DNA from: Sedimentisphaerales bacterium
Lineage (GTDB): Bacteria; Planctomycetota; Phycisphaerae; Sedimentisphaerales; Anaerobacaceae
Length of the DNA stretch: 64,000 nucleotides
Reading direction: 5' to 3'
NCBI GenBank assembly: GCA_963708075.1
Contig: OY970194.1
Span: forward strand, 512,001 to 576,000
Shown: piece by piece, positions 41,787-51,470 of the stretch
Position numbering within the stretch: the stretch's first letter is position 1
Layout of the letters: each line of letters opens with the position of its first letter
Notes under the pieces: model-generated
What the model saw: only the letters and a program-made list of their open reading frames with translations
Databases searched by the model: none
Told to the model about the DNA's origin: nothing
Program-made: the position numbers and the translations under genes

Positions 41787-41871
41787 TCGGGTGGCAGCGG
41801 CAAGGCCGAGAGCTTCGCCGATGGCAGATGGGCAGACCGTCAGCACGCCTGCGCTTGCCGCTGCCACCCGA
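41787..41871. repeat. REP-like inverted repeat, copy 2
   Basis: TCGGGTGGCAGCGGCAAG..CTTGCCGCTGCCACCCGA around a 49 nt spacer. Confidence 0.8.
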
Positions 41872-41927
41872 TCAGCAGGAAACGCACAAACCCAGCACGC
41901 GGTCAACCTGTACGGTCCGTAAGCAAT

Positions 41928-43151
41928 CTATGGGGTTACTTTATTGGGATCGAGCGCGGTTGTCGGGGCGGCAAGATGGGCGAATACGCCGTAGCTGGAG
42001 CCATCCTGGTTTTCGCTTTCCCATGCGGCAACGAATGAGCCGTCGGCCGCCACGGCCACATCAGGATATCTCTGCCTGTCTTGCGTGTAGGTGTTGAGCT
42101 GGAATGGGTCGCCGACAGGCTGCCCCTGGCCGTCAAATCGCCGAGCGAAGACGTCAGTGGCGGCGTTCGGGTCGCTCGTTCCGTGCTCCCAGACGACGGC
42201 AAACTCGTTGGCGTCATTGATGGCGACCTGCGGCCACTGCTGTGCGCCGGTGCGGGTCGTATTGACAAGGAATGGCTCGCCCGCGGGCAGGCCGTTTGGA
42301 TCGTAGAGCCGGGCGCGGATGTCGTCATCGGCCGCACGGTTCGGATCGCCATCCCAGGCGATGACAAAGTGCCCCCCGGAGTTCATGGCGATGGAAGGGC
42401 GGGTCAGTGAGCTTATGTCCTCTGCGTTGACTTGGAATGGATCCGCTGCCGGCGTGCCACTTGGATCGAACAGACGCGCCATGACCGGATGGCTGCTGCG
42501 GTTCTGGATCCATACGACGGCGAACCGGCCGGAGTTGTCTGCGGCAACTTCGGGGTATTGGCAGTCGTACACGGAGGTATCTGCCGTGATCTCTTGACTG
42601 AGCGCGGCTCCATTGGGCTCGAACACCTGGACGTGCACGGAGGTTATGTTGACGTCATTGACAACCTCCCGGCTCTCCCACGCGAGGACGATCGAGCGGT
42701 CATTCATAGCGACGCTCGGGTAGAGTTGCCTGCCCGCTGTGTGCGGGTTGATCAACAGTTCGTCGACGGTGGGTTTGCCGTTTGGGTCGAACAGCCTCAG
42801 GTAGATATCCTCCTGGTCGAGCCCGGGCCCTTGCCAGGCGACGGCGAAGCCGCCCCGGGGATTTGCCGCGACTGCCGGTTCCGTCTGGTTGCCCTCGGTC
42901 AGGACGTTCACCTGGAACTCGTCGCCGGCGAAACCGCCGAGTGGATCGAGCCGGCGGGCGAGAATATCGTTCGACCGTCCCGCCGCGCTTAAATAGCTGC
43001 TCCAGACGACAATCGAGCCTCCTGCCGCCTCGATGGCCACGGCAGAATCCGCCTGTGACCCGCTGGTTCGTACGTTCACCTGGACCTCCGCCGCCAGCAC
43101 CGCCGGCAATGCGCACACGACCACCACACACAGCACACTACTGTTTCTCAT
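41928..43151 (-). CDS. Secreted repeat protein (probable beta-propeller)
   Basis: About six EFQVN..Q..P.VA..F.V.W repeats; signal peptide. Confidence 0.75.
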   Translation of the reverse strand: MRNSSVLCVVVVCALPAVLAAEVQVNVRTSGSQADSAVAIEAAGGSIVVWSSYLSAAGRSNDILARRLDPLGGFAGDEFQVNVLTEGNQTEPAVAANPRGGFAVAWQGPGLDQEDIYLRLFDPNGKPTVDELLINPHTAGRQLYPSVAMNDRSIVLAWESREVVNDVNITSVHVQVFEPNGAALSQEITADTSVYDCQYPEVAADNSGRFAVVWIQNRSSHPVMARLFDPSGTPAADPFQVNAEDISSLTRPSIAMNSGGHFVIAWDGDPNRAADDDIRARLYDPNGLPAGEPFLVNTTRTGAQQWPQVAINDANEFAVVWEHGTSDPNAATDVFARRFDGQGQPVGDPFQLNTYTQDRQRYPDVAVAADGSFVAAWESENQDGSSYGVFAHLAAPTTALDPNKVTP

Positions 43152-43455
43152 AGATACTACCCTCCCTTGTCTGACGCGCCGAATCGCGGTCGCGCGCAAG
43201 CCCGCTGTCGGTGCGGGCACACCACGAATACAGGCGACCATTTGGAATCCGGCGGAACCTCACGGTGTCTGCCACGTCTCGCCGTGGCGTTGTCAAAGTT
43301 GTCGCTCTCGCCGTTCCACAGGGCCGAGCCATCCGGCGGAACTCTCCGCCACATCTCGATGGTGATTGTAGCGGGGGCTCACGGTTTGTCCAGAGAAAAG
43401 CGGGGGAATTATGATAGACTCACTCCGCACGCCGGGACGCAATCGTAAGAACGGA

Positions 43456-43839
43456 TCAGGCCTTGGGCATATTGTCGAGGATCGCCTGGTAGATACGTCT
43501 GGCCTTCGCCAGCGAGCTGACGCTGATCGTCAACTCCGCTGTCTCGTCCGTCGTCGCGACAAGGTTCACTACGATTCTGTTGTCCTGGGAATCGCGGGCG
43601 ATGATCTTCGCCTCGAGCTGGTCTTTCACCCGCTGCACGACACTGAGTCCGAGTTCCTGCATGGCCGCTTCGGAGGCCTTGTACGATGTGCCGATGTCCG
43701 TCGAGAGCGTGCTGGTGAGTTTGCCGAACCGATAGACGGCGTTGGTCTTGGTTCCGGGACCGATCACGGCGGTCTCGCAGCCGATACCCAGCAGCGCGCC
43801 CGCCGACAACAGGGCGAGCAGAGTGATTCGCGTTTTCAT
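43456..43839 (-). CDS. DUF3568-like lipoprotein
   Basis: Lipobox-like LGIGC; YRFGKL..A..A..ELGL..KD pattern; AAGGAAGG RBS. Confidence 0.7.
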   Translation of the reverse strand: MKTRITLLALLSAGALLGIGCETAVIGPGTKTNAVYRFGKLTSTLSTDIGTSYKASEAAMQELGLSVVQRVKDQLEAKIIARDSQDNRIVVNLVATTDETAELTISVSSLAKARRIYQAILDNMPKA

Positions 43840-44000
43840 GTCAGCGTTCCTTCCTTGGATGACATTGCGGTTCCCATGGAACCAAGTACACCGGATACGC
43901 CCGCCGGTTCGGCAAATCCTGCATTTGCCCTCTGGAAAATAGCATCCCTTGCAGCAGGTGAAATGAGAATTGAGGATTTTCCCTACGGATGGAGCAGCAC

Positions 44001-44489
44001 TTACTTGCGGAAAATCGCCCACTGTGCCATGCCGCCGACGATCCGTATTTCCCAGCTGGAGAACCCGGTAACGGTGTTCAGGTCTGTCAGGTGGTCATGT
44101 GCGCTCGTACGACTCTGGTTCAGGCCAACCCGCTCCAGAAGCCGCAAAAGCCAGTCCATACGGGGTAGCGGCGTTGTCACCATCAGGACGCCGCCCACTT
44201 TGAGCAGACTGCGGAAGGCATCCCAGGCATCGACGTGCTCGATCAGTTCGAAGGCGACGATCGCATCGTAGGTGTTCGCCGACAGGCCGAGAGCCTTCCA
44301 GTTGCGGATATCGCCGACAATGTCGGCCGGCGGCACGATGTCGATGCCCTCGTAGCGGGTCCGCCCACGCAGATAGTCACCTACCCACCCATCGCCGCAG
44401 CCCACTTCCAGAACCCGAGCGCCTCGTGGGATGCGATCGAGGAAGAATCGACGTTTCTTGTGCCGTGCGTAATCGCTCAAGAGTGGCAT
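44001..44489 (-). CDS. Class I SAM-dependent methyltransferase
   Basis: VLEVGCGDG, YDAIVAFELIEH, LLKVGGVL. Confidence 0.85.
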   Translation of the reverse strand: MPLLSDYARHKKRRFFLDRIPRGARVLEVGCGDGWVGDYLRGRTRYEGIDIVPPADIVGDIRNWKALGLSANTYDAIVAFELIEHVDAWDAFRSLLKVGGVLMVTTPLPRMDWLLRLLERVGLNQSRTSAHDHLTDLNTVTGFSSWEIRIVGGMAQWAIFRK

Positions 44490-44490
44490 A

Positions 44491-44604
44491 CTAACTACCG
44501 TCACCGTGAGTCTGGATTCCTGACAATGAGGCCGGATACCCCGGTCCAGGCGGCGGGGTGACGAGATGGCTCTTATAGTTCGGCCGTACAAGAACGATTT
44601 TCAT
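44491..44604 (-). pseudogene. N-terminal remnant of a B12-binding radical SAM gene
   Basis: MKIVLVRPNYKSHLVTPPPGPGYPAS resembles the MKILLVxP..PPLGLxYLAS start of that family, then stops. Confidence 0.5.
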
Positions 44605-44655
44605 GGTCCCTATTGTATCGAGACACTGCGTTTCCACCAGCCGCAAAAGCCCGCC

Positions 44656-44787
44656 GATAACGGGACACGCGAACTGTCCGAGTCGATCCTCACGGACGAG
44701 GAGAAGCACATCGACTGGCTCGAAGCCCAACTCGATCAGATCAGGCAAATGGGTATTCAGAACTACCCGGTCGAACAGGTGGGCTAG
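44656..44787 (+). pseudogene. bfr: C-terminal remnant of bacterioferritin
   Basis: DNGTRELSESILTDEEKHIDWLEAQLDQIRQMGIQNY matches the Bfr C-terminal helix (EExHIDWLE); N-terminal part missing. Confidence 0.7.
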
Positions 44788-44807
44788 CGTCTGCTCACAC
44801 GGCTGCG

Positions 44808-45233
44808 TCAGTTCGGCAGCGGCGTGTTTGCCCACTGTTCCCAGAGTCTGGCCTCCCCGAGGTCGGCCTTTGTGGCACAGTAGACATCGACCTGGGTCCG
44901 GGACGAGTCGGTCTGTCGGAGATCGGCGATGAGGATATATCGGATTCCGATGCGGCCGCTGTCCCAGAGTGTGATCGTGGCGGATTCTCCCGACGGCACG
45001 AGCTTGGCACTGATGCCCGGCTGATGCGGCGCCGCGGGGATGAATCTGTATCGCTCGCGTGCCCGGCGGACGATCTGGTCATAGACGGTTCCGCAGTCGG
45101 CCGGCGCCTCGAACGAATACACGCTGTGCGGCCTCTCTCGCAGATCAGTGACATTCTGCGGTCCGCACCCGCCAAGCCAGGCCAGCACCAGCGAAACCGC
45201 CGCTGCTTGCACGCGCAATCGAAAGGATGCCAT
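44808..45233 (-). CDS. Hypothetical lipoprotein
   Basis: Signal ending in LGGC lipobox. Confidence 0.6.
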   Translation of the reverse strand: MASFRLRVQAAAVSLVLAWLGGCGPQNVTDLRERPHSVYSFEAPADCGTVYDQIVRRARERYRFIPAAPHQPGISAKLVPSGESATITLWDSGRIGIRYILIADLRQTDSSRTQVDVYCATKADLGEARLWEQWANTPLPN

Positions 45234-45372
45234 CCTTGTTTCACCCATTGCCAGCGTTCTTCCCATCTATTAGCTGCCACGCCTGTCAGCATTATGGAGG
45301 AAATCCGCCGCAGAGCAAAGGAAAAGTGTGCAAGGATGTCAGGAAGAAATCCCACCCGCTTCCGCTTCTGGT

Positions 45373-45424
45373 TTGACAGGCGAATGCAGTTGTACGTATA
45401 ATCTGGCATGAAAGGTTACGTACA
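45373..45424 (+). promoter_or_regulatory. sigma70 promoter with operator inverted repeat of the TA operon
   Basis: TTGACA-N18-TATAAT; TGTACGTA (45391-45398) and TACGTACA (45417-45424). Confidence 0.7.
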
Positions 45425-45434
45425 GGAGCAATGT

Positions 45435-45674
45435 ATGGCGAAGCTGACGTTGAATGCGGACCGCGAAGTGATTGAACAGGCAAAGCGACTGGCGGCGGAG
45501 CGCAAGACGAGCGTTTCGGCGATGTTCAGTCGGTTCATCAGGGCGCTGGCCGGCGGGGGAAATGACAAGCCGGTCGGCAAGCTCGCCCGCCGGGCTTCGG
45601 GTGTGATCGACTTGAAAGGCAGAAGCCACAAGGATGTGCTTGCGGACTCGCTGAAGGACAAGTACGGGCTATGA
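45435..45674 (+). CDS. DUF6364-like RHH antitoxin
   Basis: AKLTL..VIEQAKRLA..SVSAM..KY; ATGA overlap with the PIN gene. Confidence 0.8.
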   Translation: MAKLTLNADREVIEQAKRLAAERKTSVSAMFSRFIRALAGGGNDKPVGKLARRASGVIDLKGRSHKDVLADSLKDKYGL

Positions 45675-46096
45675 GCATGAAGGTATTTGTGGATACAAAT
45701 GTGCTCATGGACGTGCTGGCTAAGCGTGAGCCGTTCTACCGAGATAGTGCGCACGTATGGACGCTGGCTGAGCAAGGTCGCGTTGCTGGTTTCGTATCGG
45801 TCATCAGCTTCAACAACATCTACTATGTGGTCCGCCGGCTGCGGACACGTCAGGTGGCGGATCGCATGATGATACTGCTGCGAGATACGTTTACCCCGGT
45901 GGCGCTCGACAAGCAGATTCTGGACCAGGCCATTGATGCGGGCTTGACCGATCTTGAGGATGCCATCCAGTACTTCAGTGCTGTGCGGGCGGGAGCGGAT
46001 TGTATCGTCAGCCGGGATGCGCGGGCGTTCCCCGTGTCCGACCTGCCTGTGCTAACGCCGCAAGAGTTTCTGGCCACGGGGCTGCCCGGCGACTAA
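45671..46096 (+). CDS. PIN domain (VapC-like) toxin
   Basis: VFVDTNVLMD, DLEDAIQ, IVSRD. Confidence 0.88.
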   Translation: MSMKVFVDTNVLMDVLAKREPFYRDSAHVWTLAEQGRVAGFVSVISFNNIYYVVRRLRTRQVADRMMILLRDTFTPVALDKQILDQAIDAGLTDLEDAIQYFSAVRAGADCIVSRDARAFPVSDLPVLTPQEFLATGLPGD

Positions 46097-46305
46097 GTCC
46101 TCGAGAATTGCAGCTTGACTCTGCGCAGGGCGTTTCGCCGGATGGCCTGCTCGACCCAATTGACGACTCCCTGGCCGTAGTGGTACTCGGAGAGGTCCCG
46201 CACGTTGTCCGGATCGAGCGGCCCAACGGCCCCGATGATATGGCCGAAGCTGTCGTGACTGACCGCGTACAACTGCCCGTTTGTATGTTGCCATAAGGTC
46301 TTCAT
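46093..46305 (-). CDS. Small hypothetical protein
   Basis: 70 aa ORF MKTLWQH.. with globular composition filling the intergenic gap. Confidence 0.5.
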   Translation of the reverse strand: MKTLWQHTNGQLYAVSHDSFGHIIGAVGPLDPDNVRDLSEYHYGQGVVNWVEQAIRRNALRRVKLQFSRT

Positions 46306-46468
46306 ATTTATCCCGATTAAAGTGTACAAAATCTCCCGAGCGGCACCAAAAACATGGCTTTTCTCGGCCAGTGCGGGCATGATATTGTCAAATGAGTACT
46401 GGCCGGGGACCGTGGCCATGGCCCGCGGAATGCAATGATGCTGAATCGATCCAGGTGGAGAAAGAATC

Positions 46469-47365
46469 ATGTGGCGCAATTCATTGGTGGCATTCGTTCT
46501 GTGCGTGACTCTTGTGGGTATGGCCGTCGGCAAGGATGTCGCGTCTAAAGCGGGGGAGCCCAATCTCATCACGTTTTCGAGGATCGACAAGGCCTGGCAG
46601 TACAGCCGGGGCGAAAACATCAAGGTGGCCGTGCTCGACTGGCTCTTCGATATGAGTCCAAAGGCCTCAGCCAAGTATGTCAATCCAACCTCGATGGTCC
46701 CGGGTGCGGAGGTTGGAGCCGGCGAACCCTGGCACGGCGAGTGGATGGCCGAGATTGTCCACCAGATCGCGCCCCAGGCCAAAATTATCCCCATTCGGGC
46801 CAGACCTGCAACGGACAAAGAACGCGACGCGGAGGGCAGATACGTGTATGAGAAGTACCTGATTCAGGGAATTCGATTCGCCGCCGATCAGGGGGCCGTC
46901 GCTGTGACCAGCTCAATGGGACCCCTCACGCAGTCCAGGGAGCTTCGTGACGCGATCGACTACGCCGAGCAGAAGGGCACCATCTTCATCGATGTCCATC
47001 CCGAAGAGAAAACCGATCCCAACGGCATCGACAAACGGATCATTCATCCGGGCGTGGTGTCGGTTCCCGGGCACAGAGTGAGACCGGAATCCGGAAGAGA
47101 CATCTATGTCTGGCCCTACCAGATCAAGCCCATATTCCGGGACGGCTGGGGATTCTCCAACGGCCCTCCCATTGTCGCCGGCGTCATCGCCCTGATGAAG
47201 AGCGCCAACCCGAGGCTGACGAGCCCGGAGATTCGCCGGATCGTGGTCGAGACAGCCGACAATCAGGACGGCTTCAGAGTCCTGAACGCCGAAGCCGCCG
47301 TAAAGAGGGCCATCGCTGTGAAGGAAACTGCCGGTGAGGCCCGGTCGGTAGACGACAAGCGATAA
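46469..47365 (+). CDS. Divergent S8-family peptidase, secreted
   Basis: GENIKVAVLD, WHGEWMA, GFSNGPPIVAGVIALMKSANPRLT. Confidence 0.75.
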   Translation: MWRNSLVAFVLCVTLVGMAVGKDVASKAGEPNLITFSRIDKAWQYSRGENIKVAVLDWLFDMSPKASAKYVNPTSMVPGAEVGAGEPWHGEWMAEIVHQIAPQAKIIPIRARPATDKERDAEGRYVYEKYLIQGIRFAADQGAVAVTSSMGPLTQSRELRDAIDYAEQKGTIFIDVHPEEKTDPNGIDKRIIHPGVVSVPGHRVRPESGRDIYVWPYQIKPIFRDGWGFSNGPPIVAGVIALMKSANPRLTSPEIRRIVVETADNQDGFRVLNAEAAVKRAIAVKETAGEARSVDDKR

Positions 47366-47403
47366 CCCTGCCGGCTTTCCTGGTATCAAGTGAAATCGAT
47401 AAG

Positions 47404-47444
47404 GGGGCAGCCCTCTGTCACTCTCCGGTACAGATGGCTGCCCC
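47404..47444. terminator. Hairpin between convergent genes
   Basis: GGGGCAGCC..GGCTGCCCC stem. Confidence 0.5.
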
Positions 47445-47528
47445 GTCGTTGAGGCACGTTTTCATCACCGCTGCGGCGAGCCTCGTGGAATCATGGCAAC
47501 GCGGATGGCTTCCACGACATCGCCGCGT

Positions 47529-48299
47529 TTACTGGGTGGCAGGGGTTTCCCTGGCCGTCTGGCGCATCGCTTTCGGAGTGAACTGAGCCAGGCTGGTGAT
47601 GCCCGCTGATTTCTCCAGTTCTCCCACCTTGGTCACGAGCCCGGCAAAGCCTTGCGCCCCGAGGGCCGTGCGACTCATGTCCTGGAGCGCCTTGTTCAAC
47701 TGGTCGTACTGGCTTGCCGAGGCCACTGTCCGGATCTGCGGATACAGGAGGGTCTCCTCATAGGCCGTGTGCGCCTGGAGCATGTGGACGTAGGCACGAA
47801 TGTTACGCGCCAGCGCCTCCGAAGCGGGGCGCCCGCCACCCTCTTCCCTCGCCTTGAGGATTTCATCCGTGAGGGTCCTGGCCGCCGCATGCTGTTCGCG
47901 GAGAGTATTGATCAGATCGCCCATCTTCCCCGATTTTTGGAGCAGCGGGAAGATGTGCTCCTCCTCGAATTTGACATGGAAGTCGTCGACGGTGGAGCGG
48001 AGCATCTGGGCGGCGGACGTCACGGCCGGCCCGGAGGGTTTATCTGTACCCAGCTCCGGCGTGACGGCCGTGTCATAGATCAACAGCAGGCGGTTCGCGA
48101 CGGCGTGCTGACGCATGAGCTCTTCGGCGATAGAGGCTTCCATCTTCTCGGAGGTATCCGTCCTTGTCCTCGTCGCAGAAGTGTCTTTCTGCGGCTGCGC
48201 GGCCCACGCGTTTTGTCCGAGCACCAGGGTCGCTCCGGCTGCGAGTCCGGCTCCTGTGATCACATTTCTGCGGCTGTACACATCGTTTCGTTCTCTCAT
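47529..48299 (-). CDS. Hemerythrin (HHE) domain protein, Tat signal
   Basis: LMRQH, HVKFEEEHIFP, LREQH, HTAYEETLLYP; SRRNVI. Confidence 0.85.
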   Translation of the reverse strand: MRERNDVYSRRNVITGAGLAAGATLVLGQNAWAAQPQKDTSATRTRTDTSEKMEASIAEELMRQHAVANRLLLIYDTAVTPELGTDKPSGPAVTSAAQMLRSTVDDFHVKFEEEHIFPLLQKSGKMGDLINTLREQHAAARTLTDEILKAREEGGGRPASEALARNIRAYVHMLQAHTAYEETLLYPQIRTVASASQYDQLNKALQDMSRTALGAQGFAGLVTKVGELEKSAGITSLAQFTPKAMRQTARETPATQ

Positions 48300-48514
48300 T
48301 TCCGTGTCCTCCCATGAATGGATTGTTTCTCTTCATGTTTTCAATTCCAGGCAGATATCGCCGATAGGGGAATCTCTCGGATTGATATGCCGGAATGCAC
48401 AGCCGGATGGTAGGTAGGGTTGTGCAGACTCAGTCTTTGGCCTATGTACCCTCTTGACGTACGTGCGCAGGCTTGGACAATGGGGGCACGGATTGTGCCG
48501 GGACCGAGTGTGGA

Positions 48515-48550
48515 TCGGTGGCCGGTGGGCCGGTGGGCCGGTGACCGGTG
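48515..48550. repeat. Tandem 7-8-mer GGCCGGTG
   Basis: Read directly. Confidence 0.7.
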
Positions 48551-48596
48551 GATCGTGGCAGTTGTCGTTGATGAATGGAGAGAAAGAGGTGTGGAA

Positions 48597-48824
48597 ATGG
48601 CCGAACGCGTGACCTATCACGTGATGCTGGGCGAGCAGGGAGAATGGGAAGTCCAACAAGAGAACTCGGGCAAGGTGATGAGCAGCCACCGATCAAAGAC
48701 CGAGGCGATTCTCGCCGGGCGGGATTTGGCCAGGACCCACGAGTACAGTCTCCTCGTCGTCCACGATCGCGAAGGCAAACAGGAGAAGCAATACACCTAT
48801 GGTCGTCAGCCCCACAAGAGTTAG
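48597..48824 (+). CDS. DUF2188 family protein
   Basis: YHV..WEV..KTEAILAGRDLA..LVVHDREG..YG. Confidence 0.8.
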   Translation: MAERVTYHVMLGEQGEWEVQQENSGKVMSSHRSKTEAILAGRDLARTHEYSLLVVHDREGKQEKQYTYGRQPHKS

Positions 48825-48938
48825 GGGGGAACGTGAACCTGTCTCCTGTCATTCCAACGTTCAGCCGCCGGACTTGAAGGGGCATGCTGCAGGTGGGGGG
48901 AACACGGACTGGGGGTTTCGGGTCGCAGGGAAGCTATC

Positions 48939-49490
48939 ATGGACAAGCTGCCACGATTGTTCTATGACCGTGATACGAATGTGGTAGCCCGGGAGTTGCT
49001 GGGCAAGCACCTGGTGCACGTGTCCGGCGGCGTGGAGCGGGTCGGGCGGATCGTGGAGGTGGAGGCGTATCTGGGGCCGCATGATCTCGCCGCTCATTCC
49101 GCCCGGGGCCTGACCCGAAGGACGCAGGTCATGTTCGGCCCGCCGGGACATGCCTATGTGTATCTGATCTACGGGATGTACTGTTGCATGAACGTGGTGA
49201 CGCAACCGGAGGGCGTTGCTTCCGCCGTGCTGCTGCGGGCGCTGGAGCCGGTGAAGAATGTCGAAGGGCGAACGCAGGGCCCGGGCCTGCTGTGCAAGGC
49301 GATGGATATCGACAGGCGTCTCAACGGCCATGACCTGCTCAGCGATGATTTCTTCATTGCCGCGCCGCCTGAGCCCGAGACCTTCACAATCGTCAAACGT
49401 CCCCGCATCGGTGTGGCCTACGCCGGCGCGTGGGCGAAACGCCTCCTGCGGTTCTACATCAAAGGCAACCCCTTTGTCTCACGACCGTAG
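48939..49490 (+). CDS. mpg: DNA-3-methyladenine glycosylase (MPG/AAG family)
   Basis: GRIVEVEAY, MFGPPGHAYVYLIYGMY, AVLLRALEP, GPGLLC, PRIGV. Confidence 0.93.
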   Translation: MDKLPRLFYDRDTNVVARELLGKHLVHVSGGVERVGRIVEVEAYLGPHDLAAHSARGLTRRTQVMFGPPGHAYVYLIYGMYCCMNVVTQPEGVASAVLLRALEPVKNVEGRTQGPGLLCKAMDIDRRLNGHDLLSDDFFIAAPPEPETFTIVKRPRIGVAYAGAWAKRLLRFYIKGNPFVSRP

Positions 49491-49568
49491 CCCTGTCTCA
49501 GAGGACTTGCTATACTACAGCGGCTCGCAGAACAAGTGAGAGTGAATGGGAGCAACTAAGTCGAGTAT

Positions 49569-50543
49569 ATGATCATAAAAACCTTCGTACGTCTTGTCTG
49601 TACGGTTGCCGTGGTGTCGGTGCTGTGCATCTTTGCGGGTTGCCGCCGACCGGGGCCGGAGTTGGTGCAGGGATACGTCGAGGGTGAGTTCGTGTATGTT
49701 TCCTCGCCGCTGGCGGGCACCCTGGAATCACTCCACGTGCAGCGAGGCGAGCAGGTGAAGGCGGGCGATCCGCTGTTCGTACTGGAGGGCGAGCCGGAGA
49801 AGGCGGCGGTGGATGAGGCGGCCCAGCGGCTGGCGCAAGCCCGCGCCACCGTGGAGGATCTGCAAAAGGGAAAGCGGCCTTCAGAGGTGGAAGCGATTGA
49901 GGCACAACTGCGACAGGCCCAGACAGCCCTGGCGCTGTCGCAAGAGGAGTTTTCCCGGCAGGAGAAGCTCTTTGAGTCTGGGGCGATCACGCAGCAGAGC
50001 CTTGACCAGGCGCGAGCCGCGCGGGACCAGGATCGCCAGCGCGTTGCGCAGCTTGAGGCCGAGCTGAAGACGGCACAACTCGGCGGCCGCAGCGACCAGA
50101 TCATCGCGGCCGAGGCCAATGTCCGGGCGCTGGAAGCGGCGCTGGCTAAGGCACAGTGGAACCTTTCCGAGAAGCGTCAGGCCGCGCCGCGGGCCGGCCT
50201 GGTGTTCGACACGCTCTACCGTCCGGGCGAGTGGGTCGCCGCCGGGCGGCCGATAGCCGTGCTCCTGCCGCCGCAGAATATCAAAGTCCGCGCGTTCGTA
50301 CCGGAGATGCGGATCGCCGCCATTGGGCCGGGGGACAGTGTGCGGATTACGGTGGACGGCTTGCCCGAAACCATCGTTGGGAAGGTGAGCTTCATCTCGC
50401 CGCGAGCGGAATACACTCCGCCGGTCATTTACAGCCGCCAGAGCCGCGAGAAGCTGGTGTTCATGATCGAGATCGCTTTTGACCCTGAGACGGCAGCGAA
50501 GCTTCATCCGGGCCAGCCGGTGGATGTGGAATTCGGGCCGTGA
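49569..50543 (+). CDS. HlyD-family efflux periplasmic adaptor, lipoprotein
   Basis: FAGC lipobox; GYVEGE; coiled coil; FISPRAEYTPP. Confidence 0.9.
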   Translation: MIIKTFVRLVCTVAVVSVLCIFAGCRRPGPELVQGYVEGEFVYVSSPLAGTLESLHVQRGEQVKAGDPLFVLEGEPEKAAVDEAAQRLAQARATVEDLQKGKRPSEVEAIEAQLRQAQTALALSQEEFSRQEKLFESGAITQQSLDQARAARDQDRQRVAQLEAELKTAQLGGRSDQIIAAEANVRALEAALAKAQWNLSEKRQAAPRAGLVFDTLYRPGEWVAAGRPIAVLLPPQNIKVRAFVPEMRIAAIGPGDSVRITVDGLPETIVGKVSFISPRAEYTPPVIYSRQSREKLVFMIEIAFDPETAAKLHPGQPVDVEFGP

Positions 50544-50546
50544 TGT

Positions 50547-51470
50547 ATGGCTGACGATCTTGCCATCGATGTGCACGGAATGACCAAGCGGTTCGGCGAC
50601 CTCACGGCCGTCAACCACGTCAGTCTCCGGGTCCGCACGGGCGAGATCTGCGGCTTCCTCGGCCCCAACGGCAGCGGCAAGACGACGTTCATCCGCATGC
50701 TCTGCGGCCTGTTGCGGGCCGACGACGGTAGCGGCACGTGCCTCGGCTACGACGTCATCCGCGAGAGCGAGGCGATCAAACGCAACGTCGGTTACATGAC
50801 GCAGCGGTTCAGCTTCTGGGAGGACCTGAGCATTGCGGAGAACCTCGACTTCGTCGCGCGGATGTACTCCATGAAGGATCGCCGACGGGCCGTGCGCGAG
50901 AGCCTCGAACGGCTCGGTCTGGCGGACCGGCGCAACCAGCTTGCCGGCCATCTCTCCGGCGGGTGGAAGCAGCGGCTGGCCCTGGCGGCGTGCATGATCC
51001 ACCAGCCGAGACTGCTGCTGCTCGATGAGCCTACCGCCGGCGTAGACCCCAAGGCCCGACGCGAATTCTGGGAGGAGATTCATCAGCTCGCCGGGCAGGG
51101 ATTGACGTTCCTGATCGCCACGCACTACATGGACGAGGCCGAACGCTGCCATCGTCTCGCGTTCATCGTCAACGGCAACCTGCTCGCTGAAGGCACCGTG
51201 GCGGAGGTGGTCGAGCAGGCCCACCTCGTGACGTGGTCGGTCGCCGGTCCGGACCTGCTCAAGCTCGCGGATCAACTCCGCGACCGTCCCGGCGTGCAGC
51301 AGGCGGTGCCCTTCGGCAATGCCCTGCATGTCAGCGGCGACGACCCGGCCGCACTGGAACGGGCCATCGCCTCGTTTCGCACCCCGCCCTACAAGTGGCG
51401 CCAGACCGATTCCGGGCTGGAGGACGTTTTCATTCACCTCATGGGCCGAGCAGGGAAGGGGACGACATGA
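50547..51470 (+). CDS. ABC transporter ATP-binding protein
   Basis: GPNGSGKTT, LSGG, LLLLDEP, TH. Confidence 0.95.
   Translation: MADDLAIDVHGMTKRFGDLTAVNHVSLRVRTGEICGFLGPNGSGKTTFIRMLCGLLRADDGSGTCLGYDVIRESEAIKRNVGYMTQRFSFWEDLSIAENLDFVARMYSMKDRRRAVRESLERLGLADRRNQLAGHLSGGWKQRLALAACMIHQPRLLLLDEPTAGVDPKARREFWEEIHQLAGQGLTFLIATHYMDEAERCHRLAFIVNGNLLAEGTVAEVVEQAHLVTWSVAGPDLLKLADQLRDRPGVQQAVPFGNALHVSGDDPAALERAIASFRTPPYKWRQTDSGLEDVFIHLMGRAGKGTT

Noticed and set aside
43247..43341. 12 bp direct repeat ATCCGGCGGAAC
   Set aside because: Only two short copies in GC-rich DNA; nothing else supports a function.
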